From IMG/VR virus record IMGVR_UViG_3300032295_004079, positions 1-64,000 of that record: a stretch of DNA of 64,000 nt; one strand, given 5' to 3'. Shown here in pieces: positions 41,232-49,655 of this stretch. The notes under the pieces were generated by a model. That model saw only the letters and a list, made by a program, of their open reading frames with translations, made no database searches and was not told the DNA's origin. Source of the stretch: a virus (taxonomy: Duplodnaviria; Caudoviricetes). The number at the start of each line of letters is the position of its first letter. Position 1 is the stretch's first letter. The position numbers were made by a program, and so were the translations under genes.

Positions 41232-41435
41232 ATGAAAAATTTATTCAGTTTCTTAACATTAATCACTGTTATATTCATTTCTCCTGCAATCGGTGTATAT
41301 TTTGCTCTTAACAGTGCCCACCCCGAAATTATATTTCTATCCTTTTTTACATTAAGTATAGTTTTATGGTTTAGCTTACGTAAAGTTTTTGGTTGGAAAA
41401 TTGATGAACAAACAAGAAAAACTCACTCATGGTAA
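41232..41435 (+). CDS. Small two-TM membrane protein
   Basis: Two hydrophobic stretches in 67 aa. Confidence 0.55.
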   Translation: MKNLFSFLTLITVIFISPAIGVYFALNSAHPEIIFLSFFTLSIVLWFSLRKVFGWKIDEQTRKTHSW

Positions 41436-42148
41436 AATATCTTTTAAGTATTCCATTCTTTTTCCTATCTACTACTTTGTTTGGACAAGTAATAGGAAAA
41501 ACCTCAACTGAAAGCTATCAAGCTGAATTTGAGAAATCTGCTTCTATATATTCTATTCCAGAATATAATGGTAAGCCTGTACCTGTTGCTTTATTAACAA
41601 TTGGTATAAGCGATGAAGTACTAGCTCAATACCCAGAATTAGGTGACTATAGAGTAGGATTAGGTCTAGCTAACATTGTAGTAGCATTTATGGACGAAAC
41701 TTTTAGATTTGAATTTGTAGAAACAAAGGATGAAATAAAGGATCGTATGATTGCTCAAATGAAAGCCTCAGACAAAGGTATTTCTGCAAATAAAATAGAG
41801 GTAAAAGGTAATATTGTACTAGCTAAATATTTAGGCTATGTTGAAGTATACGATTTCTCTATTTCCGAAGACGAAACTATAAACCTAAAAGATGGTGTAA
41901 AAAATACACTAGTAACTAGATTAGGCTTACAATTAAAGCTAGTAGATGCAGAAACTGGATTATATATGACTGGTTCAGGATTAGGTACCGCTACTACTAC
42001 TCGTGAATTAACTTTATTAAGTGATCAAAATTTAGAGGAAGTAGCATTTAACCAATCCTCTATTGGTACTTCTACCAAAAAAGCTCTAGAAACTGCAGTA
42101 GCAAAGGTTGTAAAAAGAATGATACAAAAGGGTGTGTTTGATCACTAA
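41429..42148 (+). CDS. CsgG/HfaB-like exported protein
   Basis: Signal (LFG|Q). G.GL.N.......RF..VE, LKLVDAETG....G.G.A and IG..T.KAL..AV patterns. Confidence 0.65.
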   Translation: MVKYLLSIPFFFLSTTLFGQVIGKTSTESYQAEFEKSASIYSIPEYNGKPVPVALLTIGISDEVLAQYPELGDYRVGLGLANIVVAFMDETFRFEFVETKDEIKDRMIAQMKASDKGISANKIEVKGNIVLAKYLGYVEVYDFSISEDETINLKDGVKNTLVTRLGLQLKLVDAETGLYMTGSGLGTATTTRELTLLSDQNLEEVAFNQSSIGTSTKKALETAVAKVVKRMIQKGVFDH

Positions 42149-43421
42149 CCTAATGAAATATTTTCTTTTTATATTACTACTATGGGGGAATGTGGTCTTG
42201 GCCCAATCCCCCATTATCATGCAAACATACACCGATAGATGTACGGGAGAAACATTTACATTCTCTGTACCCGCAAACGGGCAAACTGTAGTAATGTTTT
42301 ACAATAAATCACGTGTATTTACCGCAAATGATTTTACAAGTGGTGTGTTACGTGCCTGGCTAGAAGAAACATATACTTGGTGGAGAAACCTAAGTCCATG
42401 TTCTGCAGCTCAAACAACTACAACTGTAGCACAACAAACCGCTCAACAAGCAGCAAGTTCAGCTGCATCAGCAGCTACTAATATACCCACTCCTCCCTCA
42501 CCACCACCTTCAAATCCACCACCTAGTTCAGGATCTTCTTCTAGTAGCTCTTCTAGTTCAAGCAGCTCTTCTAGTTCTAGCAGTTCTTCTTCCCAAGAAA
42601 AAAGTGGAGGCGAAACAGAAAAAAGTGGTGGTAGTACCGAAGAAAAAAGTGGTGGATCTGAGGAAAGTAGTAGTTCCGAAGAAAGTAGTAGTGAATCTGA
42701 ATCTTCAGATAGTGAAGAAAGCTCTTCAGAAGAAAAAAAAGAGGAGAAAAAAGATGACAAGAAAAAATCCACAACTCCTCCTATAGTAGTTGCAAACGTA
42801 GCATCAATACAAGGTTTAGATGGTAAATGGGCTAGTGCTCTATCTTTGGGTGTAAGTAAGTCTTCTTTACTTGGAGACAAATCTTATGGGGTAAACAGTA
42901 TGATATGGTCCAATATGAAACAATTTTTGGTTGTTGGAAACTATTCAAAAACACATATAGTAAAAGGTGAAGTAGACATGATTAGTTCTACTACTGTAGG
43001 TGCAGCTAAAATGTATTCAACCTATTTATTTTCTATAGGCCACAGCAAAGTATTTCCAGGTAGAGATGGGTCTGTATTTGGATTTAACTTTGCCAATAAC
43101 ATGATGTCTATAGAATTAAGTCCTATAAAACGTGAATTATCTGGATCCTTTAATACAGTATTTTTTTATACTAAACCATTTAACTTTACTAGACTATCTA
43201 TAGCTCCATTAGCGGCTTTAGCCTCAAATTTGGTTACCTATAATTTTAGTACCCGAACTATGGATATGCCCCATTCACATATTTTATTAACCGGAAATAA
43301 TTTCAACTACGCTATAACACAAAGATTTGTAGCTAACTTAGGTATAATGGCTACTTCATCTTTATCTAATGAATTTCCAACCACCTACGCTGTAACTATT
43401 GGTTCTAGATTTCAATTTTGA
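42132..43421 (+). CDS. Exported protein with Pro/Ser/Glu linker and C-terminal beta-barrel-like domain
   Basis: Signal peptide (probable start 42153), Cys pair, PPSPPP/poly-Ser/EEKK linker, alternating beta-strands and terminal Phe (GSRFQF). Confidence 0.6.
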   Translation: MCLITNLMKYFLFILLLWGNVVLAQSPIIMQTYTDRCTGETFTFSVPANGQTVVMFYNKSRVFTANDFTSGVLRAWLEETYTWWRNLSPCSAAQTTTTVAQQTAQQAASSAASAATNIPTPPSPPPSNPPPSSGSSSSSSSSSSSSSSSSSSSSQEKSGGETEKSGGSTEEKSGGSEESSSSEESSSESESSDSEESSSEEKKEEKKDDKKKSTTPPIVVANVASIQGLDGKWASALSLGVSKSSLLGDKSYGVNSMIWSNMKQFLVVGNYSKTHIVKGEVDMISSTTVGAAKMYSTYLFSIGHSKVFPGRDGSVFGFNFANNMMSIELSPIKRELSGSFNTVFFYTKPFNFTRLSIAPLAALASNLVTYNFSTRTMDMPHSHILLTGNNFNYAITQRFVANLGIMATSSLSNEFPTTYAVTIGSRFQF

Positions 43422-43466
43422 TATGTATAATAGATAAAATAATGTTTTACTCAAATATGTTGTGCC

Positions 43467-43736
43467 ATGTTTAACTATTTAAAAAATAAATGGATGGCTT
43501 TCAAGGACATTTTTAAAGACAACAACTCTTACAACGAAAAAAACATCGTAGGATTTGGATCATTTGCGGTAATGGCAGTATTTGCGGCCGCAGACATTGT
43601 AACTGGTATATTAGGTATGCCGTTAGAAATTACCGATATCATTTTCAACTCATTTGTAATCATTACATTGGGTTCTTTTGGTATTGATGGAGTAACTAAA
43701 ATCTTTAGTAAAGACAAAAAAGAAGAAGAACTATGA
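43467..43736 (+). CDS. Holin-like two-TM membrane protein
   Basis: Two TM helices and a charged C-terminus, coupled to the endolysin. Preceded by ATATGTATAA (43421). Confidence 0.55.
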   Translation: MFNYLKNKWMAFKDIFKDNNSYNEKNIVGFGSFAVMAVFAAADIVTGILGMPLEITDIIFNSFVIITLGSFGIDGVTKIFSKDKKEEEL

Positions 43737-44347
43737 GCTTAAAATCCTTACAAGCTAAAATTGGAGTTGCTGCAGACGGTGCATTTGGACCTGGTACTTT
43801 AAAAGCAGCTATGGCGTATTACAAAATGACTCCTGAAAGAGCAGCACATTTCTTTGCTCAAACTGCTCACGAAAGTGGAAACTTTAAGGCATTTGCCGAA
43901 AACTTAAACTATGGTGCTTCAGGTTTAACTACTACTTTCAAGAAGTATTTCCCAACTACAGAAAAAGCATTACTTTATGAGCGCAAGCCTGAAAAAATTG
44001 CTAACCTAGTTTATGGTAACCGTATGGGAAATGGAGATGAAGCATCAGGTGATGGATTCAAATTCAGAGGTAGAGGTGCTCTACAATTGACTGGTAAAGA
44101 TAACTACAAAGTATTCTCTGAATACTTGAAAAAACCAGAAATCATGACTAATCCTGATTTAGTAGCAACTGAGTATGCTTTCGAATCTGCAATTTTCTTC
44201 TTTGACAGAAACAAGCTATGGGACATCTGCGATAAAGGTGTAAACAAAGACACAATCTTAGCTCTCACTAAGAGAATCAACGGTGGAACTCACGGATTAG
44301 CTGATAGAGAAGAAAAAACACTTAAGTATTACGGCTTCCTAAAATAA
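43733..44347 (+). CDS. Endolysin, glycoside hydrolase family 19, with short PG-binding-like N-terminus
   Basis: ADGAFGPGT, FFAQTAHESG, ENLNY, FRGRG.LQLTG..NY and TKRINGG motifs. Confidence 0.9.
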   Translation: MSLKSLQAKIGVAADGAFGPGTLKAAMAYYKMTPERAAHFFAQTAHESGNFKAFAENLNYGASGLTTTFKKYFPTTEKALLYERKPEKIANLVYGNRMGNGDEASGDGFKFRGRGALQLTGKDNYKVFSEYLKKPEIMTNPDLVATEYAFESAIFFFDRNKLWDICDKGVNKDTILALTKRINGGTHGLADREEKTLKYYGFLK

Positions 44348-44356
44348 TATTTTAGA

Positions 44357-44776
44357 ATGAAATCCAGCTTAAGTTTAATTGTATCTTCTATTAGCATGAC
44401 TACAGCTTTTGTATGCTCATATTTTATGGAAATTACAATGCAAAACGCCGAACAATATTTAGCTATTACAGCTCTAATATTTGCTGATGGATTTTTTGGA
44501 GTAATTGCGGGAGTAAAGAGAGAGGGATTCAAAACTTACAAAGCAGTTAAAATATTAAAAAATTTATTATTTTGGATTATATTTTTAACTGTAATACTAG
44601 GAATTGAAGCTAATTTTAGTGGAACATTTTGGTTAAGTGAAACTATAATTACCCCTCTAATCATATTTCAGCTAATAAGTGCTTTAAAGAACGCATCAAT
44701 GGCAGGGTTTGTTAAAATAGATGAATTAAACAAGATACTGGATAAAATAGATAAACATAAAGGGGAGCGATCCTAA
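44357..44776 (+). CDS. Holin (phage holin family 4-like)
   Basis: Three TM segments, D.F.GV.AG and S.LKN...G patterns, directly after the endolysin. Confidence 0.65.
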   Translation: MKSSLSLIVSSISMTTAFVCSYFMEITMQNAEQYLAITALIFADGFFGVIAGVKREGFKTYKAVKILKNLLFWIIFLTVILGIEANFSGTFWLSETIITPLIIFQLISALKNASMAGFVKIDELNKILDKIDKHKGERS

Positions 44777-44817
44777 AAAAATAAGGTTGGATTTTATCCA
44801 ACCTTATTTTATATTTA
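44777..44817 (+). promoter_or_regulatory. Terminator hairpin containing a TTG-N20-TATATTTA promoter
   Basis: AAAATAAGGTTGGAT-ttt-ATCCAACCTTATTTT, with TTG at 44787 and TATATTTA at 44810. Confidence 0.7.
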
Positions 44818-44822
44818 TGACT

Positions 44823-45839
44823 ATGTTAAAAAATCTAAAACAAAGTATATTTCCATTTATTATAGCATTTTCTGCACTATCTGTTAGTGCTTCTGCTGCT
44901 TTCTATTCTATAAGTGGGTTAAGCAAACTATTTGCAGGGGCTTCATTTGAAGTAGTAATCATGGCTAGTTCTTTAGAAATATCTAAACTAGTAATTGCCT
45001 CTTTACTGTATCAATATTGGAATACTATAAATAAAGTATTACGTACCTATCTAATGGTAGCCACAGTAATATTAATTCTTATCACCTCTATGGGTATTTA
45101 TGGTTTTTTATCTGCTGCTTATCAAGAAACAGTTAATAAAGCGGGCAATATAGATGCCCAAATATCTTTGGTAGAAGTCAAGCGAGATAACATTAAAGAA
45201 CAACTTACAGTATACACGCTCGAAAAAGAAAATATCACTAAAGCCATTGCCGATCTACGGGCAGGACTAGCTAATAACATTATACAATACAAAGACAAGG
45301 ATGGTAATATGGTCACCTCTACCTCTTCAGCTACACGCAATGCTTTAGAAAAACAATTAGATCAAGCAGTAAGCAGACAAACTGACGTTAATCTTAAGGT
45401 TGATGAACTAAACACTCAACTCTTTGAATACGAAACCCAAATTGTAGAAATTAAAACTGGAAGTGATCTGGCTGGAGAACTAGGACCTTTAAAATACCTT
45501 TCAGGTCTTACGGGTGTAGCTATGGATAAAATAATAAATGTACTACTTTTAGTTATTATATTTGTGTTTGACCCACTAGCAATTTCTCTAGTAATAGCTG
45601 CTAACTTTGCATTTGCTCAAATAAATCCCATAAAAGAAGAACAACAGTACGATCCATTAGATTTAAATAAAGATGGGATTGTAGATGAAAATGAAGCTTT
45701 AGCTGCTAAAAAGCAAATAGAAGAAATTGAAACTAGAATGCAAAATCCACTATCAGGTTGGAGATTAAAAAAATTAATGAATCAAATTAGTTCCTTAAAA
45801 TCTAAAATTGGAGAAGAAGACGAAATAAAAACATACTAA
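44823..45839 (+). CDS. Membrane protein with long coiled coil and C-terminal EF-hand-like loop
   Basis: Three N-terminal TMs, coiled coil, IIFVFDPLA TM and DLNKDGIVDENE. The ORF-track TTG start lies within the promoter. Confidence 0.65.
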   Translation: MLKNLKQSIFPFIIAFSALSVSASAAFYSISGLSKLFAGASFEVVIMASSLEISKLVIASLLYQYWNTINKVLRTYLMVATVILILITSMGIYGFLSAAYQETVNKAGNIDAQISLVEVKRDNIKEQLTVYTLEKENITKAIADLRAGLANNIIQYKDKDGNMVTSTSSATRNALEKQLDQAVSRQTDVNLKVDELNTQLFEYETQIVEIKTGSDLAGELGPLKYLSGLTGVAMDKIINVLLLVIIFVFDPLAISLVIAANFAFAQINPIKEEQQYDPLDLNKDGIVDENEALAAKKQIEEIETRMQNPLSGWRLKKLMNQISSLKSKIGEEDEIKTY

Positions 45840-45842
45840 AGC

Positions 45843-45873
45843 TTGGCTTCCCTAAATATAGTTTGTACATTTA
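45843..45873 (+). promoter_or_regulatory. Promoter TTG-N20-TACATTTA
   Basis: Exact geometry, upstream of 45889 and the DpdA-like gene. Confidence 0.65.
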
Positions 45874-45888
45874 TATCAAATAAAAGTT

Positions 45889-46392
45889 ATGATTTACTCT
45901 CCGACATTTCCAAAACCGTACATTCAAGAAAAGCTTTCCAAGCTTCGCAAACTAAAATACAACCAATTTAGATGGTGGAGAATGTACGACAATCCTGTTT
46001 TACCTTTGCCAAATAAGGCACCATTGATTGATAAAATCTTGAATGGTGATTTTGATTACCCACACTATAAACTCCAGGCTGAACTAGTAGAACACGAGCT
46101 AAACGAATTAGCTCAAAAGTGTGGGGGCAACAATGAAAAATTTGGAGAAAAAAGTGCGCTATTACGTGCTAAAAGAAAAAGATTGCTTGATGACTTTGAA
46201 AAAGAAGAAAATGATAAGCTAGATAGAATATTTAAAGAGTTTATTAAAAACTTTGCTTTAACCAAAGAACAAATTGAGGAAGAAATGCTAAGATTTGTTG
46301 GTAATTTAGGAGAATTTTATTATTATATGGGAGTTAGATACCAAAAAGTACAAAACCCAAACAGACGCGGACGTAAAAAGAAAAATATATGA
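45889..46392 (+). CDS. Hypothetical protein
   Basis: Intact 167-aa ORF with AAGTTATG start, coupled to the next gene. Confidence 0.6.
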   Translation: MIYSPTFPKPYIQEKLSKLRKLKYNQFRWWRMYDNPVLPLPNKAPLIDKILNGDFDYPHYKLQAELVEHELNELAQKCGGNNEKFGEKSALLRAKRKRLLDDFEKEENDKLDRIFKEFIKNFALTKEQIEEEMLRFVGNLGEFYYYMGVRYQKVQNPNRRGRKKKNI

Positions 46393-47177
46393 TCAAAGTT
46401 TCACACGAAGTACCTAGATGTTTATTAAAAGCATCCCTTGAATTTAATGATTACCAGTATTGTCTACCCCATTTGCTAGATCAGGATACAGCTTATAGAA
46501 AGCACTTCTATGATTTTAAAAAATCAGGTGGGTATATTATAATGGACAATTCGTTACATGAACTAGGAGAGGCATATGACCACGAACGTTTAATGTTCTG
46601 GGTAAATGAGCTTGAACCTGATGAATTTATTGTACCTGATGCTTGGATGGATATTGATACTACTCTTAAAAATGCTGAAGAGTGGATTAAACTTAAATAC
46701 CCTTCAAACACTACACCAGTAGCAGTAGTACAAAGTAGAAGTTTTAAAGATGCAGAAGAATGTTATCTTACGTTAAAAAAACTAGGATATAAAAAAATCG
46801 CATTCTCGTATGGAGCGGATTGGTACATGGATAAATTCCACGGTATTCACGTAGATAAAGCAAAAATGCTAGGCCGAATATCAGCTGTAAAGCAAATGTT
46901 CCATAATGGTACTATCCAGAAAAATGATAGAGTACACCTCCTAGGATGTTCTTTACCACAAGAATTTGGATGGTACGAAAATTGTTCGTACATTGAGTCA
47001 ATCGATACTTCAAATCCAATTATGGCTGCTTTAGAAGGTATTAGGTATGATGAGTTTGGTTTGGTAACAAAACCAAAGGCAAACATGAACGATTATTTTA
47101 ACATTGATGTTAAAAATGTAAATTTAAAATTAGTATTATACAACGTAGAAACATTTAAAAAAATTAACGAGTTATGA
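46389..47177 (+). CDS. DpdA/TGT-like transglycosylase (putative 7-deazaguanine insertion)
   Basis: IMDNS, IVPD, VAVVQ, VHLLG and SIDTS motifs of the TGT barrel. Close to queC. Confidence 0.65.
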   Translation: MIKVSHEVPRCLLKASLEFNDYQYCLPHLLDQDTAYRKHFYDFKKSGGYIIMDNSLHELGEAYDHERLMFWVNELEPDEFIVPDAWMDIDTTLKNAEEWIKLKYPSNTTPVAVVQSRSFKDAEECYLTLKKLGYKKIAFSYGADWYMDKFHGIHVDKAKMLGRISAVKQMFHNGTIQKNDRVHLLGCSLPQEFGWYENCSYIESIDTSNPIMAALEGIRYDEFGLVTKPKANMNDYFNIDVKNVNLKLVLYNVETFKKINEL

Positions 47178-47371
47178 TTTCACTATATGATTATTTAGGA
47201 AAAGCCGCAGGTAGAGAACTTGGGGGAAAAGTTTGGCAATATTCTCTTATTAGAGGAGTAGTTTCTGGATTTAGAACAATAGAAAATCCAATGTACAAAG
47301 GAATAGTTGCCTTGTATCCTAAAGAGTTTTTGGATGAGTTTTTTCTAGTGCAAAAAATATTTGATAAATAA
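47174..47371 (+). CDS. Hypothetical protein
   Basis: SLYDYLG.AAG..LG..V...Y.G.V.LYP..FL pattern. Coupled to its neighbours. Confidence 0.6.
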   Translation: MISLYDYLGKAAGRELGGKVWQYSLIRGVVSGFRTIENPMYKGIVALYPKEFLDEFFLVQKIFDK

Positions 47372-47372
47372 T

Positions 47373-47549
47373 ATGGGACTGTACTTAAAAGGTGCTTTAG
47401 ACATGGGAGTTAAATTCCCATCCAACCTAAACGAAGGTATCACTTCTAGTCAAGAAGATTTGAAGGAAATGCTTGCTAAAGTTTGGAACAACCAAAATAA
47501 CTTGACAAAAGAGGATATTAAAACTCTAGAGTATTTATCTAAAAAATAA
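47373..47549 (+). CDS. Small hypothetical protein
   Basis: ATG at 47373 fills the gap before queC. Confidence 0.45.
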   Translation: MGLYLKGALDMGVKFPSNLNEGITSSQEDLKEMLAKVWNNQNNLTKEDIKTLEYLSKK

Positions 47550-47601
47550 CGTTTGCCTATACGTTTAAAATACCTGGTAAAATTAAAAATTATACAAACA
47601 A

Positions 47602-48474
47602 ATGAAAAGCGTAGTAGTATCACTAAGCGGAGGAATGGATTCCTCAACATTATTATTAAGAGCATTATCTGAATATGATAACGTAATTGCAGTATCTTTT
47701 GACTATGGTCAGAAACATAGGGTGGAGCTTGAACGAGCTCAAGAGTTAATAAATTATTTAAATACTTGTGTAAATTGCTCATCATTTGAACCTATCAAAA
47801 TCATTTACCAAATAATTAAACTTGATGGTTTAACTCCACTACTTAACTCTGCTCTTGTAACTGGTGGAGCGGAAGTGCCAGAAGGCCATTACGAGCAAGA
47901 TAACATGAAAGCTACAGTTGTTCCTAACCGTAACAAAATCTTTAGCTCAATTGTACAAGCTATTGCTTTGTCTACTGCTAACCAAAACGAATCTACTTGC
48001 GATATTGCACTAGGTATTCACGCAGGAGACCATGCAATTTATCCAGACTGTAGACAAGAATGGAGAGATGCAGACGATCAAGCATTTAGAGTTGGAAATT
48101 GGGATGTTGGAAGAGTTGGACACTTTACACCTTACCTACACACAGACAAATTTGGTATCTTACAAGATGGAGAACGATTGTGTAAGAAATTAGGTTTGCC
48201 CTTTGACGAGATTTACTCAAGAACAAACACATCTTACAAACCAATTCAACACCTAGTAGAAAAGAAAATTAGTGTATTGGCTAATCTTTCCGAGATGCAA
48301 CAAATTCCAGTATGGTTTAGCGACTATAAAAGTGCAAGTAGCGTGGAGAGGATAGAAGCCTTTATTAAATTAGGTAAACCTGATCCAGTTGCTTATGCAG
48401 ACGAAACCGGACCTGTAAGTTGGGAAGTAGCTAAAGCCCATGTAGAGCAAATATTAGCTCAACATCAAGCTTAA
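47602..48474 (+). CDS. queC: 7-cyano-7-deazaguanine synthase
   Basis: SLSGGMDS, FDYGQKH..E, TVVPNRN, H.GDH..YPDCR and SSVER..AF motifs. Confidence 0.92.
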   Translation: MKSVVVSLSGGMDSSTLLLRALSEYDNVIAVSFDYGQKHRVELERAQELINYLNTCVNCSSFEPIKIIYQIIKLDGLTPLLNSALVTGGAEVPEGHYEQDNMKATVVPNRNKIFSSIVQAIALSTANQNESTCDIALGIHAGDHAIYPDCRQEWRDADDQAFRVGNWDVGRVGHFTPYLHTDKFGILQDGERLCKKLGLPFDEIYSRTNTSYKPIQHLVEKKISVLANLSEMQQIPVWFSDYKSASSVERIEAFIKLGKPDPVAYADETGPVSWEVAKAHVEQILAQHQA

Positions 48475-48486
48475 GCTATTGATGAT

Positions 48487-48557
48487 TGTCCTATGGTGTA
48501 ACGGTAGCACAAGTGGTTTTGGTCCACTTAGACGAGGTTCGAATCCTTGTAGGATAA
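48487..48557 (+). tRNA. tRNA-Gln(TTG)
   Basis: Acceptor TGTCCTA/TAGGATA, anticodon arm AGTGG-tt TTG gt-CCACT, T loop TTCGAAT. Confidence 0.9.
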
Positions 48558-48562
48558 CATAC

Positions 48563-48636
48563 GGGCCTTTAGCTCATTCGGTTAGAGCAGAACACTCATA
48601 ATGTTAAGGTGGCAGGTTCGATTCCTGCAAGGCCCA
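48563..48636 (+). tRNA. tRNA with CAT anticodon, probably Ile2 (lysidine type) rather than Met
   Basis: Acceptor GGGCCTT/AAGGCCC-A and loop CTCATAA. Body resembles bacterial Ile2 tRNAs. Confidence 0.85.
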
Positions 48637-48665
48637 CAAAAAATAAATTTATAAACTAAAAAAAT

Positions 48666-48890
48666 ATGGAAATAGTATATTTTACCTTAGGTGCCGCTAC
48701 AGTTTTATTAGTAATTGGAGTTGCAATTATGATTAGGATAGGTATTCTAGTAAGAACATTACAAGAAGATCTAAGAGATCATGAAAGAGGAACTCATGAT
48801 GTGGCAGTTGATTTACATCGTAGAATTGATAATGAATTAAGAGATTTACAATCTCAATTAGATTCAAGATTGAGTAAACTTGAAGATTAA
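48666..48890 (+). CDS. Small membrane-anchored coiled-coil protein
   Basis: N-terminal TM helix, then DSRL..L coiled coil. Confidence 0.6.
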   Translation: MEIVYFTLGAATVLLVIGVAIMIRIGILVRTLQEDLRDHERGTHDVAVDLHRRIDNELRDLQSQLDSRLSKLED

Positions 48891-48912
48891 AATAGTTCTT
48901 TGATATGTATAT

Positions 48913-49067
48913 TGTAGAGTGTTGAAATTGGCAGACATGCCCACCTGTCTCGTGGGCGGGGGTAACGAAATAAAGTAAGGATATTGGGGTAGACCACCGG
49001 CTTGCAAGCGCTATTTGTCCTTTACCTAATTGCCCCGTGGATGGTTCGAATCCTCCCTCTACAGCCA
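48913..49067 (+). ncRNA. 155-nt tRNA-like RNA with GTC (Asp) anticodon and a giant branched variable arm
   Basis: Acceptor TGTAGAG/CTCTACA-G-CCA, Leu-type D loop, CCCAC-CTGTCTC-GTGGG anticodon arm, about 80-nt extra arm, GGTTCGAATCC T arm. Confidence 0.75.
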
Positions 49068-49071
49068 TTAT

Positions 49072-49145
49072 TCCTCCTTAGCTCAGCTGGTTAGAGCACA
49101 TGACTGTTAATCATGGGGTCCTTGGTTCGAGCCCAAGAGGAGGAG
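49072..49145 (+). tRNA. tRNA-Asn(GTT)
   Basis: Acceptor TCCTCCT/AGGAGGA-G, anticodon arm CATGA-ct GTT aa-TCATG. Confidence 0.95.
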
Positions 49146-49150
49146 CACCA

Positions 49151-49222
49151 GCTCCTAAAGCATTGCTGGCGATGCGCATGACTTGTAATCATGATAACTT
49201 GGTTCGATTCCGAGTGGGAGCT
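49151..49222 (+). tRNA. tRNA-Thr(TGT)
   Basis: Acceptor GCTCCTA/TGGGAGC, anticodon arm CATGA-ct TGT aa-TCATG. Confidence 0.9.
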
Positions 49223-49433
49223 CAACAGTACCTCGATACTTCTCATAAGAACAGTTCTGAGGTCTTATTGTGATATAAGTGAATAGCCCAAGGCATAAGC
49301 TAGAATCACACCCCTAACCACTATTCAAATGACGATTTGATTATGTTAGGGTTTTAACAACACCCTATGACGAAGGAACTCAATTGAGAACTAGAAGTAA
49401 GGGCACTATGCACATAGGGTGTTTTTTATATTT

Positions 49434-49505
49434 GCTCGGTTCGTCTAGGGGTTAGGACGTATCCCTTTCACGGATAAAACACGGGTTCGATTCCCGTATC
49501 GAGTA
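49434..49505 (+). tRNA. tRNA-Glu(TTC)
   Basis: Acceptor GCTCGGT/ATCGAGT, anticodon arm TATCC-ct TTC ac-GGATA. Confidence 0.9.
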
Positions 49506-49655
49506 CAAGATTGTAACGATTCGAAAGAATGACGGAACGGACGCTATGAATGAAATGGTAATCTTTGAAACTGTAGAAAGGAGTATAAGAGAAACAAACC
49601 GTACAGACGTTACAATCTCCCTCTTTAAAGGAGTATAGAAAGTTATTTGAAATAT

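Noticed and set aside
42480-42790. Low-complexity tract as a DNA repeat element, and its overlapping ORFs
   Set aside because: It encodes the Pro/Ser/Glu linker of ORF 42132 with varied codons. The overlapping ORFs are artefacts.
49508-49618. RNase P, SRP RNA or hammerhead identity
   Set aside because: Lacks GAGGAAAGUCC, the SRP loop consensus and the CUGAnGA/GAAA core. Kept as an unassigned RNA.
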